Assembly: GCA_964459325.1 (NCBI GenBank)
Contig: CAYWKU010000014.1
Location: 15,189 to 79,188 of the forward strand
Direction: 5' to 3'
Origin: an uncultured bacterium
GTDB lineage: Bacteria; RBG-13-61-14; CAYWKU01
DNA length: 64,000 nt
In this document: piece by piece, positions 17,072-27,160 of the stretch
Position numbering within the stretch: position 1 is the first letter of the stretch
How the letters are laid out: the number at the start of each line of letters is the position of its first letter
Position numbers and translations under genes: made by a program
The notes under the pieces: generated by a model
Databases searched by the model: none
What the model was told of the DNA's origin: nothing
Seen by the model: the letters and a program-made list of their open reading frames with translations, nothing else

Positions 17072-19222
17072 TTGAGGGACAGCGAAAGCTCCAGTATAAA
17101 CCCGGCTACCATATTAACGGCGGTGGGCCTGATTGCGTCCGCCGCTGTTATTGTGTTTGTCACCAGGGGAGATTATCTCGGGCCGGCGACCCCTGAGTTG
17201 GCGTCCATAATTGCCGCCGGGATACTCGTTTTGTATACGGTAATTACTACCGCCTTTTTTTTCGCCGGTTCCGGCTCTCCATTCCAGTTGTCCATATCCC
17301 TGGCTATAAGTTGGGTGGTCATAGGCCGTGTGGCCATCGATTTTACCGGCGGAATCGCCAGCCCGCTTTACCCGGCGGCTTACGTACTGGCCGGGGTCGC
17401 GGGGGCCTACGCGCCGGCGAGCCTCACGATTCTCGGAATATTCATCTTCGCAGGAATGGAAGGCTCTCAGGCATGGCTGACCGGCCAATGGAACCAATCC
17501 GTATGGAAACTTACCTCCCACACCGCCGGATTGCTGGCGGCGGCGGGCGTCGTGGGCAGCTTTTTCCGCTCGGAAAGGAAGAAGACATCCGAGTTCGAGG
17601 AGGAGCTGGCCGTATACAGGCGAGGCCATGCGGCGTTCAGCGAAAGCGCCGACGAGTTCCGCAGCATCAGGGAGGAAGGGCGCCGGGCACAGCTTCGGGA
17701 AAGCGTGTTAAAACTCCAGGACGCCTTGCATCACATCATGAACGATTTGTACGACATCCTGAAGCCCCATACCATAATTCTTTTCACCCGTGACCCCAAA
17801 ACCAGAAAGATGTGTTTCCGCGACGCCATCAGCGCCACGGAAAACATTAACCGCTCAGCCACCGTCGGCGAGGGCGAGGGCCTGCTGGGGTGGATGTGGA
17901 GGGAGCTGGAATCGCTCAGGCTCACTTCCTACCACCACCCCCCGGAGAACCTTGTCTACTACAATAACGAGGAGCGGGTGCAGAGTCTGCTGGCCGTACC
18001 GGTCATCAGGAACAGCACCGGCGAAGCCGAAGGGCTCCTGGTGGCGGACAGCCTCCAGGAAGGTTACTTCACCCCGGAGGACGAGAGGCTGATATGGCTA
18101 TCGGCACGGCAGGTGATGCAGGAGCTGGAGACCGCCGAGCAGAGGCGCCGGGAAGTCAACGAGGCCCGCATAAGCCATGCTTTATATAAAGTGAGCGACG
18201 CGCTCAACTCCTCAATAGACCTCGACGAGGTATTGGACGCCACCATGGCGTGTGTAACCAGGATTGCCGACGCCGACTTGGTGGCTCTCTCGCTTTATGA
18301 CAGGCATCAGTCGAACAGTTACGTGGCCAGGGCCACCGGCGGCCTTGCGGACAGCTTCAAGGGAAAGAGATTCAACCCCGACGAAAGCCTGGTGGGATGG
18401 GTTACCACCCCCGAACAATACCTGTATTATCCGGACTTCAAGAGCCGGAAGGTGCAGAAACCGGTCTTCGGTAAGAACTTCCCCTCCATCAAGAAGAACA
18501 TAGGCACCTTCTTCTGCTATCCCCTGGTTTCGGGCAGTGATTTCCTCGGCTCGATTACAGTCATTTTCCGGGAGGAAGGGGCAATCAACGACTACGAAAG
18601 AAACGCCCTCAACACCACCGCCCGAATGGCGGCCACCAGCATAGCCAACGCCAACCTTCACCGCAGGGTGGAACAACTGGCCACCACGGACGGCCTCACG
18701 GGGCTTCACAATCACCGGTACTTCCAGGAGCGGCTGTCCGAGCGAATCGAAGAAGCCCGCCGCCATCCCACTCATCATACCCTGCTGCTTCTGGACATAG
18801 ACCACTTCAAGCAGGTAAACGACAAGTACGGCCACCCGGTCGGGGACGAGGTGCTCAGGTCTCTGGCCGGGCTGTTTAAATCGAGCATACGCAACGTGGA
18901 CCTGGCCGCCAGGTACGGCGGGGAGGAGTTTGTACTGCTTCTTGCCAATACCCGCCGGGAGGGGGCGATTAAACTGGCCAACAGGATAAGAAAAGCGGCT
19001 TCCAGGCTGAAATTCGAGACCGAGAATAAGACATTCAAGGTTACCATAAGCATGGGCATAACCACCTTTCCCGAAGACGCCAAGGGCAAATCCTCCCTGA
19101 TAGAAAGGGCCGACCAGGCGCTTTATTACGCAAAGGAAAACGGCCGCAACCAGGTAGTGCTTTACCACGATATAAGGGACGAAGCAGAATCGGATTCAAA
19201 CCTGCCGGCGGAACGCTACTAA
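17072..19222 (+). CDS. Membrane-anchored GAF-GAF-GGDEF diguanylate cyclase
   Basis: Several N-terminal TM helices, two GAF-like regions, TDGLTGLHNHRYF, LLLDIDHFKQVND, I-site RNVD, active site RYGGEEF. Confidence 0.93.
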   Translation: MRDSESSSINPATILTAVGLIASAAVIVFVTRGDYLGPATPELASIIAAGILVLYTVITTAFFFAGSGSPFQLSISLAISWVVIGRVAIDFTGGIASPLYPAAYVLAGVAGAYAPASLTILGIFIFAGMEGSQAWLTGQWNQSVWKLTSHTAGLLAAAGVVGSFFRSERKKTSEFEEELAVYRRGHAAFSESADEFRSIREEGRRAQLRESVLKLQDALHHIMNDLYDILKPHTIILFTRDPKTRKMCFRDAISATENINRSATVGEGEGLLGWMWRELESLRLTSYHHPPENLVYYNNEERVQSLLAVPVIRNSTGEAEGLLVADSLQEGYFTPEDERLIWLSARQVMQELETAEQRRREVNEARISHALYKVSDALNSSIDLDEVLDATMACVTRIADADLVALSLYDRHQSNSYVARATGGLADSFKGKRFNPDESLVGWVTTPEQYLYYPDFKSRKVQKPVFGKNFPSIKKNIGTFFCYPLVSGSDFLGSITVIFREEGAINDYERNALNTTARMAATSIANANLHRRVEQLATTDGLTGLHNHRYFQERLSERIEEARRHPTHHTLLLLDIDHFKQVNDKYGHPVGDEVLRSLAGLFKSSIRNVDLAARYGGEEFVLLLANTRREGAIKLANRIRKAASRLKFETENKTFKVTISMGITTFPEDAKGKSSLIERADQALYYAKENGRNQVVLYHDIRDEAESDSNLPAERY

Positions 19223-19516
19223 GAGACCACTGAATACATCCTTTAATTCATCAAGCTGAAAACACCAGCTATATCAGATAGTTACATAAAATAACCGCCC
19301 TGAAATAATACTGCAAGAATGCAAACACGTTGCTGATTATATGTTTGTGGCGTAAGCGCCTCAGCTTCGGATAATACTATTGAAAAATTGCAACAGTTTT
19401 CTAAGAAAATCGTAAAATATCCCCCGGAACCCCGAGCACTTTCAGAATATCGAAATACACTGAATTTTGCGGGATTGAAGTCGAGAAATCGTTTTCAATC
19501 CCGCTTTTTTAGCTTG

Positions 19517-19529
19517 TAACTTACTGATA
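19517..19529 (-). promoter_or_regulatory. IHF consensus site upstream of lpxC
   Basis: Minus strand TATCAGTAAGTTA matches WATCARNNNNTTR, ~95 bp upstream of a sigma54-like promoter. Confidence 0.45.
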
Positions 19530-19624
19530 TTATTAAACAATCCGGGAATGTAAGGTATTTTTCATCCATTAGAACGTATATACCGACAAAATTTCAAGAA
19601 AATCGCCCGACAGCTGGAGCCACC

Positions 19625-19640
19625 CGGCACGGCACTTGCT
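19625..19640 (+). promoter_or_regulatory. sigma54 (-24/-12) promoter candidate for lpxC
   Basis: CGGCACGGCACTTGCT matches YGGCACG-N4-TTGCW with exact spacing. Confidence 0.6.
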
Positions 19641-19708
19641 AACCAAATTCCCAAGGATTTTTGTGATAACACAAACCCGTTTGGGTGCGTTTTTTAAAAG
19701 AGAGGTAT

Positions 19709-20641
19709 GTGAACTTGTACAGACAACGAACCGTCAAGAACGCTGTAAGCTGCACGGGGATAGGGTTACACAACGGCAGGCTGGTGAAATTGACCATCAA
19801 GCCGGCCCCCTTTGACCACGGCATAGTATTCGAGCGCGTCGACCTTCCGGGCAGACCCCGTCTCAAGGCCGATTTCAACCTCATAGACGACGCCGACCAT
19901 GCGACAAGCCTGGGTTCCAACGGTACCCGGGTGGGCACCGTCGAGCATTTGCTTTCGGCGTTTTATGGCATGGGAATAGACAACGCTTTGGTGGAAATCA
20001 ACGACGACGAAGTGCCAATCATGGACGGCAGCAGCGCGCCTTTCATATTCCTGTTGAAAAACGCCGGAATACGGGTATTGCCCCGGAGCAAGAAATTTTA
20101 CGTGGTGACCGAGAAATTCTCCGTCAGCGACGGCGACAGGCGTATCGAAGTAAGGCCGGCCTCCAAAATGAAAATGTCCTTCACCATCGATTTCGCTCAC
20201 CCCCTTATCGAGACGCAGAACTATCGGTTTGATTTCAGCGCGAGGGATTTCGAGCGGGAGATAAGCAGGGCCCGCACATTCGGATTTCTTCACGAAGTGG
20301 AATATCTCAAAAAGCGCGGACTGGCCCGGGGAGGCAGCCTGAATAATGCAGTCGTGATAGGCCGTTTCAGGGTGCTGAACGACGACGGACTGCGTTTCCC
20401 GGACGAATTTGTGCGGCACAAGATACTCGACCAGTTGGGGGACATCTCTCTGCTGGGCGGACCGTTGCTGGCCGATATAAAGTCCCACAAAAGCGGACAT
20501 GCTCTCAACCACGCGATGGTGGGCAAGCTTGCCGAAAACCCGGAATTGGTAAAAGTGGTAAGATACGACGAGGATTCCGAAGCCGCCAGGCTCCACGAAG
20601 CGCTGCCCGCGTGGAACCTGCCGGAATGGGCAGCCACCTGA
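19709..20641 (+). CDS. lpxC: UDP-3-O-acyl-GlcNAc deacetylase
   Basis: RQRTVKN...GIGLHNG, TVEHLLSA, PIMDGSS, HKILDQLGDISL, KSGHALN. GTG 19709 after GAGG. Confidence 0.96.
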   Translation: MNLYRQRTVKNAVSCTGIGLHNGRLVKLTIKPAPFDHGIVFERVDLPGRPRLKADFNLIDDADHATSLGSNGTRVGTVEHLLSAFYGMGIDNALVEINDDEVPIMDGSSAPFIFLLKNAGIRVLPRSKKFYVVTEKFSVSDGDRRIEVRPASKMKMSFTIDFAHPLIETQNYRFDFSARDFEREISRARTFGFLHEVEYLKKRGLARGGSLNNAVVIGRFRVLNDDGLRFPDEFVRHKILDQLGDISLLGGPLLADIKSHKSGHALNHAMVGKLAENPELVKVVRYDEDSEAARLHEALPAWNLPEWAAT

Positions 20642-20671
20642 ATCGAATACGCTATATATGGCACATCAATA

Positions 20672-20703
20672 AAAGGCGCGGACCTTGATAAGCCGCGCTT
20701 TCT
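20672..20703. terminator. Bidirectional intrinsic terminator
   Basis: AAAAGGCGCGG-loop-CCGCGCTTTT between convergent genes. Confidence 0.55.
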
Positions 20704-20733
20704 TCATCTCCGGCGGCACTTCCCGATGGGCGT

Positions 20734-21519
20734 TTAAAAATCGGGGTACTCTTCCACCTTCAGCGGGGTGAAAGACGCCGGCTTAATATTTTCACTTTCT
20801 ATAAGACACTTCATGTCTAATTGACTCTTCACTATACGCTTTTGATGCAACCACGGCCAGTACTCCAACACGTACTTGTAATGAGTTTCCGGTATAACCG
20901 AAGGGTCTATCTTGTCCGGTCGGGCCACATGACCTTTGCCCTCGACCGCTTCGTAAAAACCGGCGTTTTTTGCGGCTGTTTTCAGGTACCTTATTACGTA
21001 CTCCGGTTTATCGGCGCCGTAACACTGGTCAGTCATTCTTTTTATGGCCAAAGCCGACGCATCCAGAATTTTATCTTCTATCCACAGGTACTCATCGGCC
21101 GTCATATTGTACTCCAGTAACTTTTCCCTGCGCACTTTGTTCAGAATGGCCATCTCTTTCTTGGCTATAAACAATGCGCCGCCGAGTTTTGGAAATTTTT
21201 TAGGCCGCTTTTTATGCAGATGATTTCTAATATCGCTCACATAATCGTGTATTTTTACATATGTACTCATACGTTCCCGGGGGATTAAGCCGTCGGAGGG
21301 CGGTTCGAACTTGGCTAATTTGGCTAAACCCTTTTTCAGATTTTCGGCCTTTGATTCCCATTCACCAAGCTTTTCCTGAGCGCTTTTTACCCTTTCTTCT
21401 TTCTTTTTCTGGGCGGGTCCCGGACGTTCGATTGCTTTCATAACCCCATAGCCCACAAAAGCAAGCACCGCAAGGATAACTATACCGGGAACTACGCTTT
21501 TTTTTGTAATTCTGGCCAT
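20734..21519 (-). CDS. Hypothetical membrane-anchored periplasmic protein
   Basis: Long clean ORF, N-terminal TM (VVPGIVILAVLAFVGYGVM), basic helical remainder; no family recognised. Confidence 0.65.
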   Translation of the reverse strand: MARITKKSVVPGIVILAVLAFVGYGVMKAIERPGPAQKKKEERVKSAQEKLGEWESKAENLKKGLAKLAKFEPPSDGLIPRERMSTYVKIHDYVSDIRNHLHKKRPKKFPKLGGALFIAKKEMAILNKVRREKLLEYNMTADEYLWIEDKILDASALAIKRMTDQCYGADKPEYVIRYLKTAAKNAGFYEAVEGKGHVARPDKIDPSVIPETHYKYVLEYWPWLHQKRIVKSQLDMKCLIESENIKPASFTPLKVEEYPDF

Positions 21520-21662
21520 TTGCGCAATCCTTTCAGACTTTTGTGCGATTATTTTAACCTGTTGGTAATTGGATTTCAAAGTGAGAATTTAGTTCACTTT
21601 TTGCCGTTGACTGCTATAATAAGGCGTGATAGCCTTCCGCTTTAGAGACGAGAAAAATATAC

Positions 21663-22490
21663 ATGCTCGGCGCCACTCATACCCGCGTACTCATGGAGGT
21701 GACAAGGCTCAGCGGGTTACCTTCCGAAAAACTCAGAAGTCCCGGTGGACTGGTGATGGCTTTCGGAAACCTCCTCCCCGACAGCCTTCCGCTGGTGGGA
21801 ATATCACCGGAAACCACTCACGACATGGAGCGGGCGGAGATGGTGATGGAAGCCGCCCCGGCGCTGGGGACAGGAATAGCCATACACATATACACCGATA
21901 ACCTGACTCATTGCAACAACCTCGAAAATGACGGAAATTACGGGGCCAGCGTGGCGTTAAAGCTGGGCCTGGAGCTTATGAACAAAACATCGGACAGGTT
22001 CCGGAACTTATTGGACAGCTTTGCGGGGCCGAGCATCGCTTACATGCTTCACACGGTAATCGAATTCGCAGCGGATGTAATCACGGCGCGGGGAGAAGTG
22101 GTGGAATTGATAGAAAACTCGTGGAAGTTCGCCAGGAAAAATCACGGCGACATGATAAACTCTTTAGCGATAATATACTCCGCCGATGCTGAAAAGTTGA
22201 CCGAAGGCATGAAAAAATTCCCGCCCGAAGACAGACCCGAGCCGGAGGCGATTTATTCCCGTCCGGCCAGGGCCGACCTGTTTTTGAGGAAATTCGACCC
22301 GAATAATTATCGGGACGAAAAACATAGAAAACACGCTCACTTGCGTATCCTGGAAATGCTGGAGGCGGCGGAAAGCATGCTGCACGGAACCCTGGACGAG
22401 GTGGTGGAAGATTTCGCACGCAGAATTGTAACCGAAAAGCCGGCCGTAGCCCGGGAACTCGGCGATATAATCGATTCCGCTCAAAATTGA
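21663..22490 (+). CDS. Zinc-dependent phospholipase C-like protein (putative)
   Basis: N-terminal GATH, GIAIHIYTDNLTH (HxxxDxxxH) and HTVIEFAAD match the metal-ligand pattern of the Zn-dependent PLC/S1-P1 fold. Confidence 0.5.
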   Translation: MLGATHTRVLMEVTRLSGLPSEKLRSPGGLVMAFGNLLPDSLPLVGISPETTHDMERAEMVMEAAPALGTGIAIHIYTDNLTHCNNLENDGNYGASVALKLGLELMNKTSDRFRNLLDSFAGPSIAYMLHTVIEFAADVITARGEVVELIENSWKFARKNHGDMINSLAIIYSADAEKLTEGMKKFPPEDRPEPEAIYSRPARADLFLRKFDPNNYRDEKHRKHAHLRILEMLEAAESMLHGTLDEVVEDFARRIVTEKPAVARELGDIIDSAQN

Positions 22491-22516
22491 TATATCCTTA
22501 AAGGAGGAGAGTTTTT

Positions 22517-23968
22517 ATGAACGTCCTGTTCGCGTCCAGCGAAGTGGTGCCCTTTTCCAAAACCGGCGGACTCGCCGACGTCGCGGGCGCTCTGCCCGGA
22601 GCCGTGGCAGCCCGGGGCCATAACGTCATGGTCGTAACCCCTCGCTATTCCAGGCTGAGAGCACAAGTCAAAGAAACCGGAGAAACAGTCGAGGTATCCA
22701 TAGGCGACAAAACTGAATCAGCCTCACTGGCACAAGCCACCCTGCCGGGAGGAACCGACGGAGTGGATGTGCCCGCCATTTTTACAGGAAATGATGACTA
22801 TTTTAACCGGGAGGAACTTTACAGCACCCCCGACGGCGATTACGAGGACAACGACATACGATTCGCATTTTTCGCAAAAGCCTTGCTCGAAGCGGCGCGA
22901 GCGAAAAAATTCAGGCCGGATGTCATTCACTTGAACGACTGGCAGAGCTCCCTTGTTCCGGTGTATCTGAAAACGGACATGGCTCAGGACCCGTTCTTCT
23001 CCAATGCCCGAATCCTGCTTACAATACACAACCTCGGCTACCAGGGCCTCTTTCCCGAGGAGACCGTGGAAAGAACGGGGCTGCCGCAGTATCTGTTCGA
23101 CCCCGAATACATGGAGTTTTACGGCAAAATAAATTTCCTGAAGGGCGGGATTGTCCTCTCCGACGCCATAAACACCGTCAGCCGTCGTTACTCGTGGGAG
23201 ATACAAACTCCCGAGTACGGCGCAGGGCTGGACGGCATACTCCGCAAGCGTTCCGAAAGACTCTTCGGCATACTCAACGGCGTGGACTACACCGCGTGGA
23301 ACCCGGAAACCGACAAGCTCATCGCCGCCAATTATTCGCCCGGGAAACCTTCCGGAAAGAAAAGGTGCAAGAAGGACCTGTTGAAGGAATTCGGGCTTCC
23401 CCACGTCCCCGGGAAACCGGTTATCGGAATGGTAAGCCGCCTGGCGGGACAGAAGGGATTTGACCTGGTCAAGGAAGCCATACCGGATATGATGATAAGG
23501 GACCTTCAACTGGTAATCCTGGGCACCGGCGAGCGCGAGTACCATGACTATTTCAACTCTATAACCGACCAATATCCCGACCGGTTGGGCGTCAAGCTTA
23601 CTTACGACAATGCCATAGCTCATAAAATCGAGGCCGGCAGTGACATGTTCCTCATGCCCAGCAAGTACGAGCCCTGCGGGCTGAACCAGATGTACTCGCT
23701 CAAGTACGGAACCGTCCCCGTCGTTCGCGGCACCGGCGGACTGGACGATACCGTGACCGAATGGGACGGTGGCTCCCAGGGAAACGGTTTCAAGTTCTAC
23801 GATTACAACTCCCGCGCCATGCTCGATTGCCTGGACAGGGCATTGAAAGTTTATCGCGATAAAGAGGCGTGGAAAACAATAGTGGCCAACGGCATGGGTG
23901 AAGACCACTCGTGGACGGCAAGCGCCGCCGAATATGTAAAATTGTACCGGAACATGCTCGAGTGGTAG
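22517..23968 (+). CDS. glgA: Glycogen synthase
   Basis: PFSKTGGLADV, IHLNDWQ, TIHNLGYQG, PSKYEPCGLNQMYSLKYG. Confidence 0.96.
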   Translation: MNVLFASSEVVPFSKTGGLADVAGALPGAVAARGHNVMVVTPRYSRLRAQVKETGETVEVSIGDKTESASLAQATLPGGTDGVDVPAIFTGNDDYFNREELYSTPDGDYEDNDIRFAFFAKALLEAARAKKFRPDVIHLNDWQSSLVPVYLKTDMAQDPFFSNARILLTIHNLGYQGLFPEETVERTGLPQYLFDPEYMEFYGKINFLKGGIVLSDAINTVSRRYSWEIQTPEYGAGLDGILRKRSERLFGILNGVDYTAWNPETDKLIAANYSPGKPSGKKRCKKDLLKEFGLPHVPGKPVIGMVSRLAGQKGFDLVKEAIPDMMIRDLQLVILGTGEREYHDYFNSITDQYPDRLGVKLTYDNAIAHKIEAGSDMFLMPSKYEPCGLNQMYSLKYGTVPVVRGTGGLDDTVTEWDGGSQGNGFKFYDYNSRAMLDCLDRALKVYRDKEAWKTIVANGMGEDHSWTASAAEYVKLYRNMLEW

Positions 23969-24002
23969 TCTGTATTGTCGATATTTATTATAATTGACGT
24001 AA

Positions 24003-25163
24003 GTGCCCGATTGGGCTATCTTTTTAACTATGGGAGAGATGCACAAAATACGGGCGAGCGGCCAGGCCGCCGAGCAATCGGGAGAAATACGCGCCACCCC
24101 CCGTGAAACCCGCATGACTGCATTGAGGGGTCACCAGCGGTTGCCGGCGACTACCGGTATTATCCTGCTTTACTCCCTCCTTTACGACCCCGAAACCCGC
24201 GTAAGGGCCATCGCACAGGAGCAATTATCCGAGATTACCGTCGAGCAGATAAGCACCTTCATCCGCCAGTCGGGCCACCCAAAGGTGCTTGACCTGATAG
24301 CTCGCAACCTGGAAAAGGGGTCCGCCACCCTGGAAGCCATAGCTTCCGCGCCAAACTTGTCAAAACGCACCAGGGAATACCTGCAATCCATGGGAGTAAT
24401 CATCCCCGAGGAAACTTTCGCTCCCCCTGCCGCTACTGAATCCGTTTCCGAAAAAACAGATGAGACGGACAGCCGCGAATGGACCCCGTCATCGCCCGAT
24501 ATCGACCTTCCTGAGGGCGTGGAGTTTTCCATGCCCACCGATGAAGAGCAGGCCCCGGGAAGCGGTCCTCAGCCCGGCTACGGGCCGGAAGAAAAACCCC
24601 GGCCCCCGGAGACCGCCCCGGAAGACGAAGCGCCCCGGGAGATGGAAGCCCCCTTACAAAAAGAGCAACAAGCCGAGGAAACACCGACACCTTGGACACA
24701 GGAAGTCGAAGAAAAAAACGCACAGGTCGAAAAAACACCCGAACCCACACCAAAAACGGCTGACCGAAAACTGTTCTCGGTGCACTCGGAAGAAAGCAAA
24801 AAAGCGGCCGCTCAAACGCCGGCGCCTCCCCAAGCCTCAAGGAAAACCCCGGCAGTCGCCTCTTCGGCGAAAGGACAACAGACAAAAGTCGCTTCGGGTA
24901 AAACCGCTAAAAAATCCAGTCTCAAGCGCGATATAGCGCTGGCCGTAATTATCGGAACACTTTTGGGTATAATTCTGGCCGCGGCGTTCGTTATAGTCGA
25001 ACGCTTTTTCCCGGACTGGCCTCAACGATTGAAAAACATAACGGAAATAATTCGCACCGAGAGCGTAACCGGCTGCGGCATGAGCTGCTACGCTTTAACC
25101 CGATTTTCGACCCGTCTCAACCGCGCTAAACCCTGCCGGAAAAATATAAACGAGGAAATGTGA
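24003..25163 (+). CDS. Hypothetical protein: helical-repeat N-terminus, acidic Pro/Glu linker, C-terminal TM
   Basis: HEAT-like LLYDPETRVRAIA...HPKVLDLIARN, low-complexity middle, TM IALAVIIGTLLGIILAAAFVIV. Confidence 0.65.
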   Translation: MPDWAIFLTMGEMHKIRASGQAAEQSGEIRATPRETRMTALRGHQRLPATTGIILLYSLLYDPETRVRAIAQEQLSEITVEQISTFIRQSGHPKVLDLIARNLEKGSATLEAIASAPNLSKRTREYLQSMGVIIPEETFAPPAATESVSEKTDETDSREWTPSSPDIDLPEGVEFSMPTDEEQAPGSGPQPGYGPEEKPRPPETAPEDEAPREMEAPLQKEQQAEETPTPWTQEVEEKNAQVEKTPEPTPKTADRKLFSVHSEESKKAAAQTPAPPQASRKTPAVASSAKGQQTKVASGKTAKKSSLKRDIALAVIIGTLLGIILAAAFVIVERFFPDWPQRLKNITEIIRTESVTGCGMSCYALTRFSTRLNRAKPCRKNINEEM

Positions 25164-25522
25164 GCGACATGGCCGAGGAAACCGTCCAAATACATGTTTT
25201 CTCCCGCGATTTCGACGAATTTTTCGTCAGGTTCGCGGAACAGATAGGAAAGGGAGAGGTCTTCGTCCAGGCCGAGGAATTGCTCGAAGTCGGCACTCCG
25301 GTAACTCTGGTTTTCTCCATCGTCTATGAAGACCTGGTGTTTTTCAGCGCCGCCGGCGCCATCAGTCATGTTGAAAAGAGCAAACAAACGGATTCCGGTA
25401 ACGAAGTTCCGGGCGGCATGCTTATTAAACTGGATGAAATTGACGACAGAATCCGAACTTTCATTATCGAGCTTGTAAAGCGTCAGCTCCGCAGCGAGCT
25501 CAGCAGAATGTTCACCACTTGA
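25160..25522 (+). CDS. PilZ-like domain protein (TIGR02266-type), degenerate
   Basis: F..FAEQIGKGEVFVQAEELLEVGTPVTLVFSI ... GGMLIKL pattern; 4-bp overlap with the upstream gene. Confidence 0.6.
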   Translation: MSDMAEETVQIHVFSRDFDEFFVRFAEQIGKGEVFVQAEELLEVGTPVTLVFSIVYEDLVFFSAAGAISHVEKSKQTDSGNEVPGGMLIKLDEIDDRIRTFIIELVKRQLRSELSRMFTT

Positions 25523-25530
25523 GCCCCGGC

Positions 25531-26913
25531 TTATTCCACAATCCCGACCGTTTTCAACTCCTTTATCATCAACGCCCTTACCGACAGCGGATATATCTTC
25601 CACTTTTCCTTCGGTATGTCGCGGGTCATGGCGATGAAATCCATCGTGGCCACCCGGTAGGCGGCTGAAGCGCCGGGCGCAAAAACGCGGTCAAAAATGA
25701 GCTCGCGGCCGCTCATCCACCCCTTCAGCTTTTTACCACTCATAGGGATAACCACTACCCTGTTATCAAAGGGCATGGCCCGATATACATCCCGGTAAGT
25801 AACCGGCCCCTCTTCGAATCCGCTCCTTATGCCTCCCGTGTTCACCACTGCCGCATCGGCGCCGGTGTATTGCTTCATAATTCCGGCCAGCCACGGCGCC
25901 AGGTCACCTTCGGCTTCCATCTTTCTTCCCACTCTCGTCAATTTCTCGTCCGGGTTCAACGGCAAATCATTTTCCGCTGCCTCCACCGCCCGGGCCATTT
26001 CTTCATCATGCGAGGTATTCGGCCCGACGGGAATCGTTCTTCCGGCAACCCTGATTATTTCCTCGGTATCAGGGTTCACTTTGACTCGTACAATGCCCAG
26101 GAATTTTCCGTTTTCGCCGGCATGGGATATCCACGTGCCGCCCACTTTTTCAGGCCGGTCGGTTGCGTGCCACGAATGCCCGCCGATAATTACATCTATA
26201 CCCTTCACCCTGCGAGCTAACTTGCGGTCGTCCTTCATCCCGACATGTGTCAGGGCGACGACAAGGTGCGCCTTTTTATCGACCTCGGGAACTATCTTCC
26301 TGAAGGATTTGTCCGGCTTCTCGAAGTTTACGCCTTTGGTGTTTTCCGGGAAAGTAAGCCACGGCGTGGCCGGGTGAGCAGCGCCGATTATCCCGACTTT
26401 CACTTTACCCGCCTCGATTATCACGTAAGGCGCGTCGGCCAGTTTGACGTTTTTCGCATTTTTTTTGAAAGGTGAAATGTTGGCCGCTACGAAGGGAAAC
26501 CGGGCAATTTTCATGTACTTTTTGTACTGCTCGGGGCCGTAATCGAATTCGTGATTGCCCGGCGCGAAGGCGTCTATCCCCATGCCGTTGGCCAGATCGA
26601 AAACGCCCTCCCCTTTCGTGTGAGTGGAAAGCGGGGAGCCTGTTATCAGGTCACCCGCCACCAGCAGCAACGCTCCGGGACGCCTCGACTGAACTTTCCG
26701 CCACGCTCCCGCCAGCTTGATGATTCCGCCCCTTCCTTCGTTATCCGCTCTGACTCGCCCGCCGAGGTCGTTGAAATGAGCTATTACCACCTCGGCGCCT
26801 TCGTTTCCGGAAAGCGCCCGGAAAAGCGCCAAACAAATTACACCAAAAACCAGTAAAAACCCGACGGCTTTTCTGCCCCTGGCGGATATGGAACATTGCC
26901 TGCTTTCGCTCAT
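25531..26913 (-). CDS. Exported 5'-nucleotidase / metallophosphoesterase
   Basis: HFNDLGG, AGDLITGS, GNHEFDYG, ALTHVG, IIGGHSW, NTGGIR, PFDN. Confidence 0.9.
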   Translation of the reverse strand: MSESRQCSISARGRKAVGFLLVFGVICLALFRALSGNEGAEVVIAHFNDLGGRVRADNEGRGGIIKLAGAWRKVQSRRPGALLLVAGDLITGSPLSTHTKGEGVFDLANGMGIDAFAPGNHEFDYGPEQYKKYMKIARFPFVAANISPFKKNAKNVKLADAPYVIIEAGKVKVGIIGAAHPATPWLTFPENTKGVNFEKPDKSFRKIVPEVDKKAHLVVALTHVGMKDDRKLARRVKGIDVIIGGHSWHATDRPEKVGGTWISHAGENGKFLGIVRVKVNPDTEEIIRVAGRTIPVGPNTSHDEEMARAVEAAENDLPLNPDEKLTRVGRKMEAEGDLAPWLAGIMKQYTGADAAVVNTGGIRSGFEEGPVTYRDVYRAMPFDNRVVVIPMSGKKLKGWMSGRELIFDRVFAPGASAAYRVATMDFIAMTRDIPKEKWKIYPLSVRALMIKELKTVGIVE

Positions 26914-27160
26914 TATTCCTCTTCTACAATATAAAGGTACTCAAAAAAGAGGTCATATTACAACACCGGCAAAGCAAAAATAACCTTCATCAAAAGCGGC
27001 TCATATTGTGTTTTGGAGACCCTTGTTGTAAAATATTAAAACTTTTCAGTATATTATAAAAAACCGACTTCAATGAACTGCGCCGCTATTGGCTGTAAAG
27101 TACGCTAAAAGAAAGGGGCTCTGTTTCCCTACCATTAAATCAAGGAGGTAAACCGTCAAA

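Noticed and set aside
22724-24115. 463-aa minus-strand ORF
   Set aside because: Antisense to glgA; typical GC-rich shadow. The same applies to 19766-20596, 30109-30867, 32167-33069, 39067-39951, 52344-53561, 55267-56151, 60098-61171 and 62933-63913.
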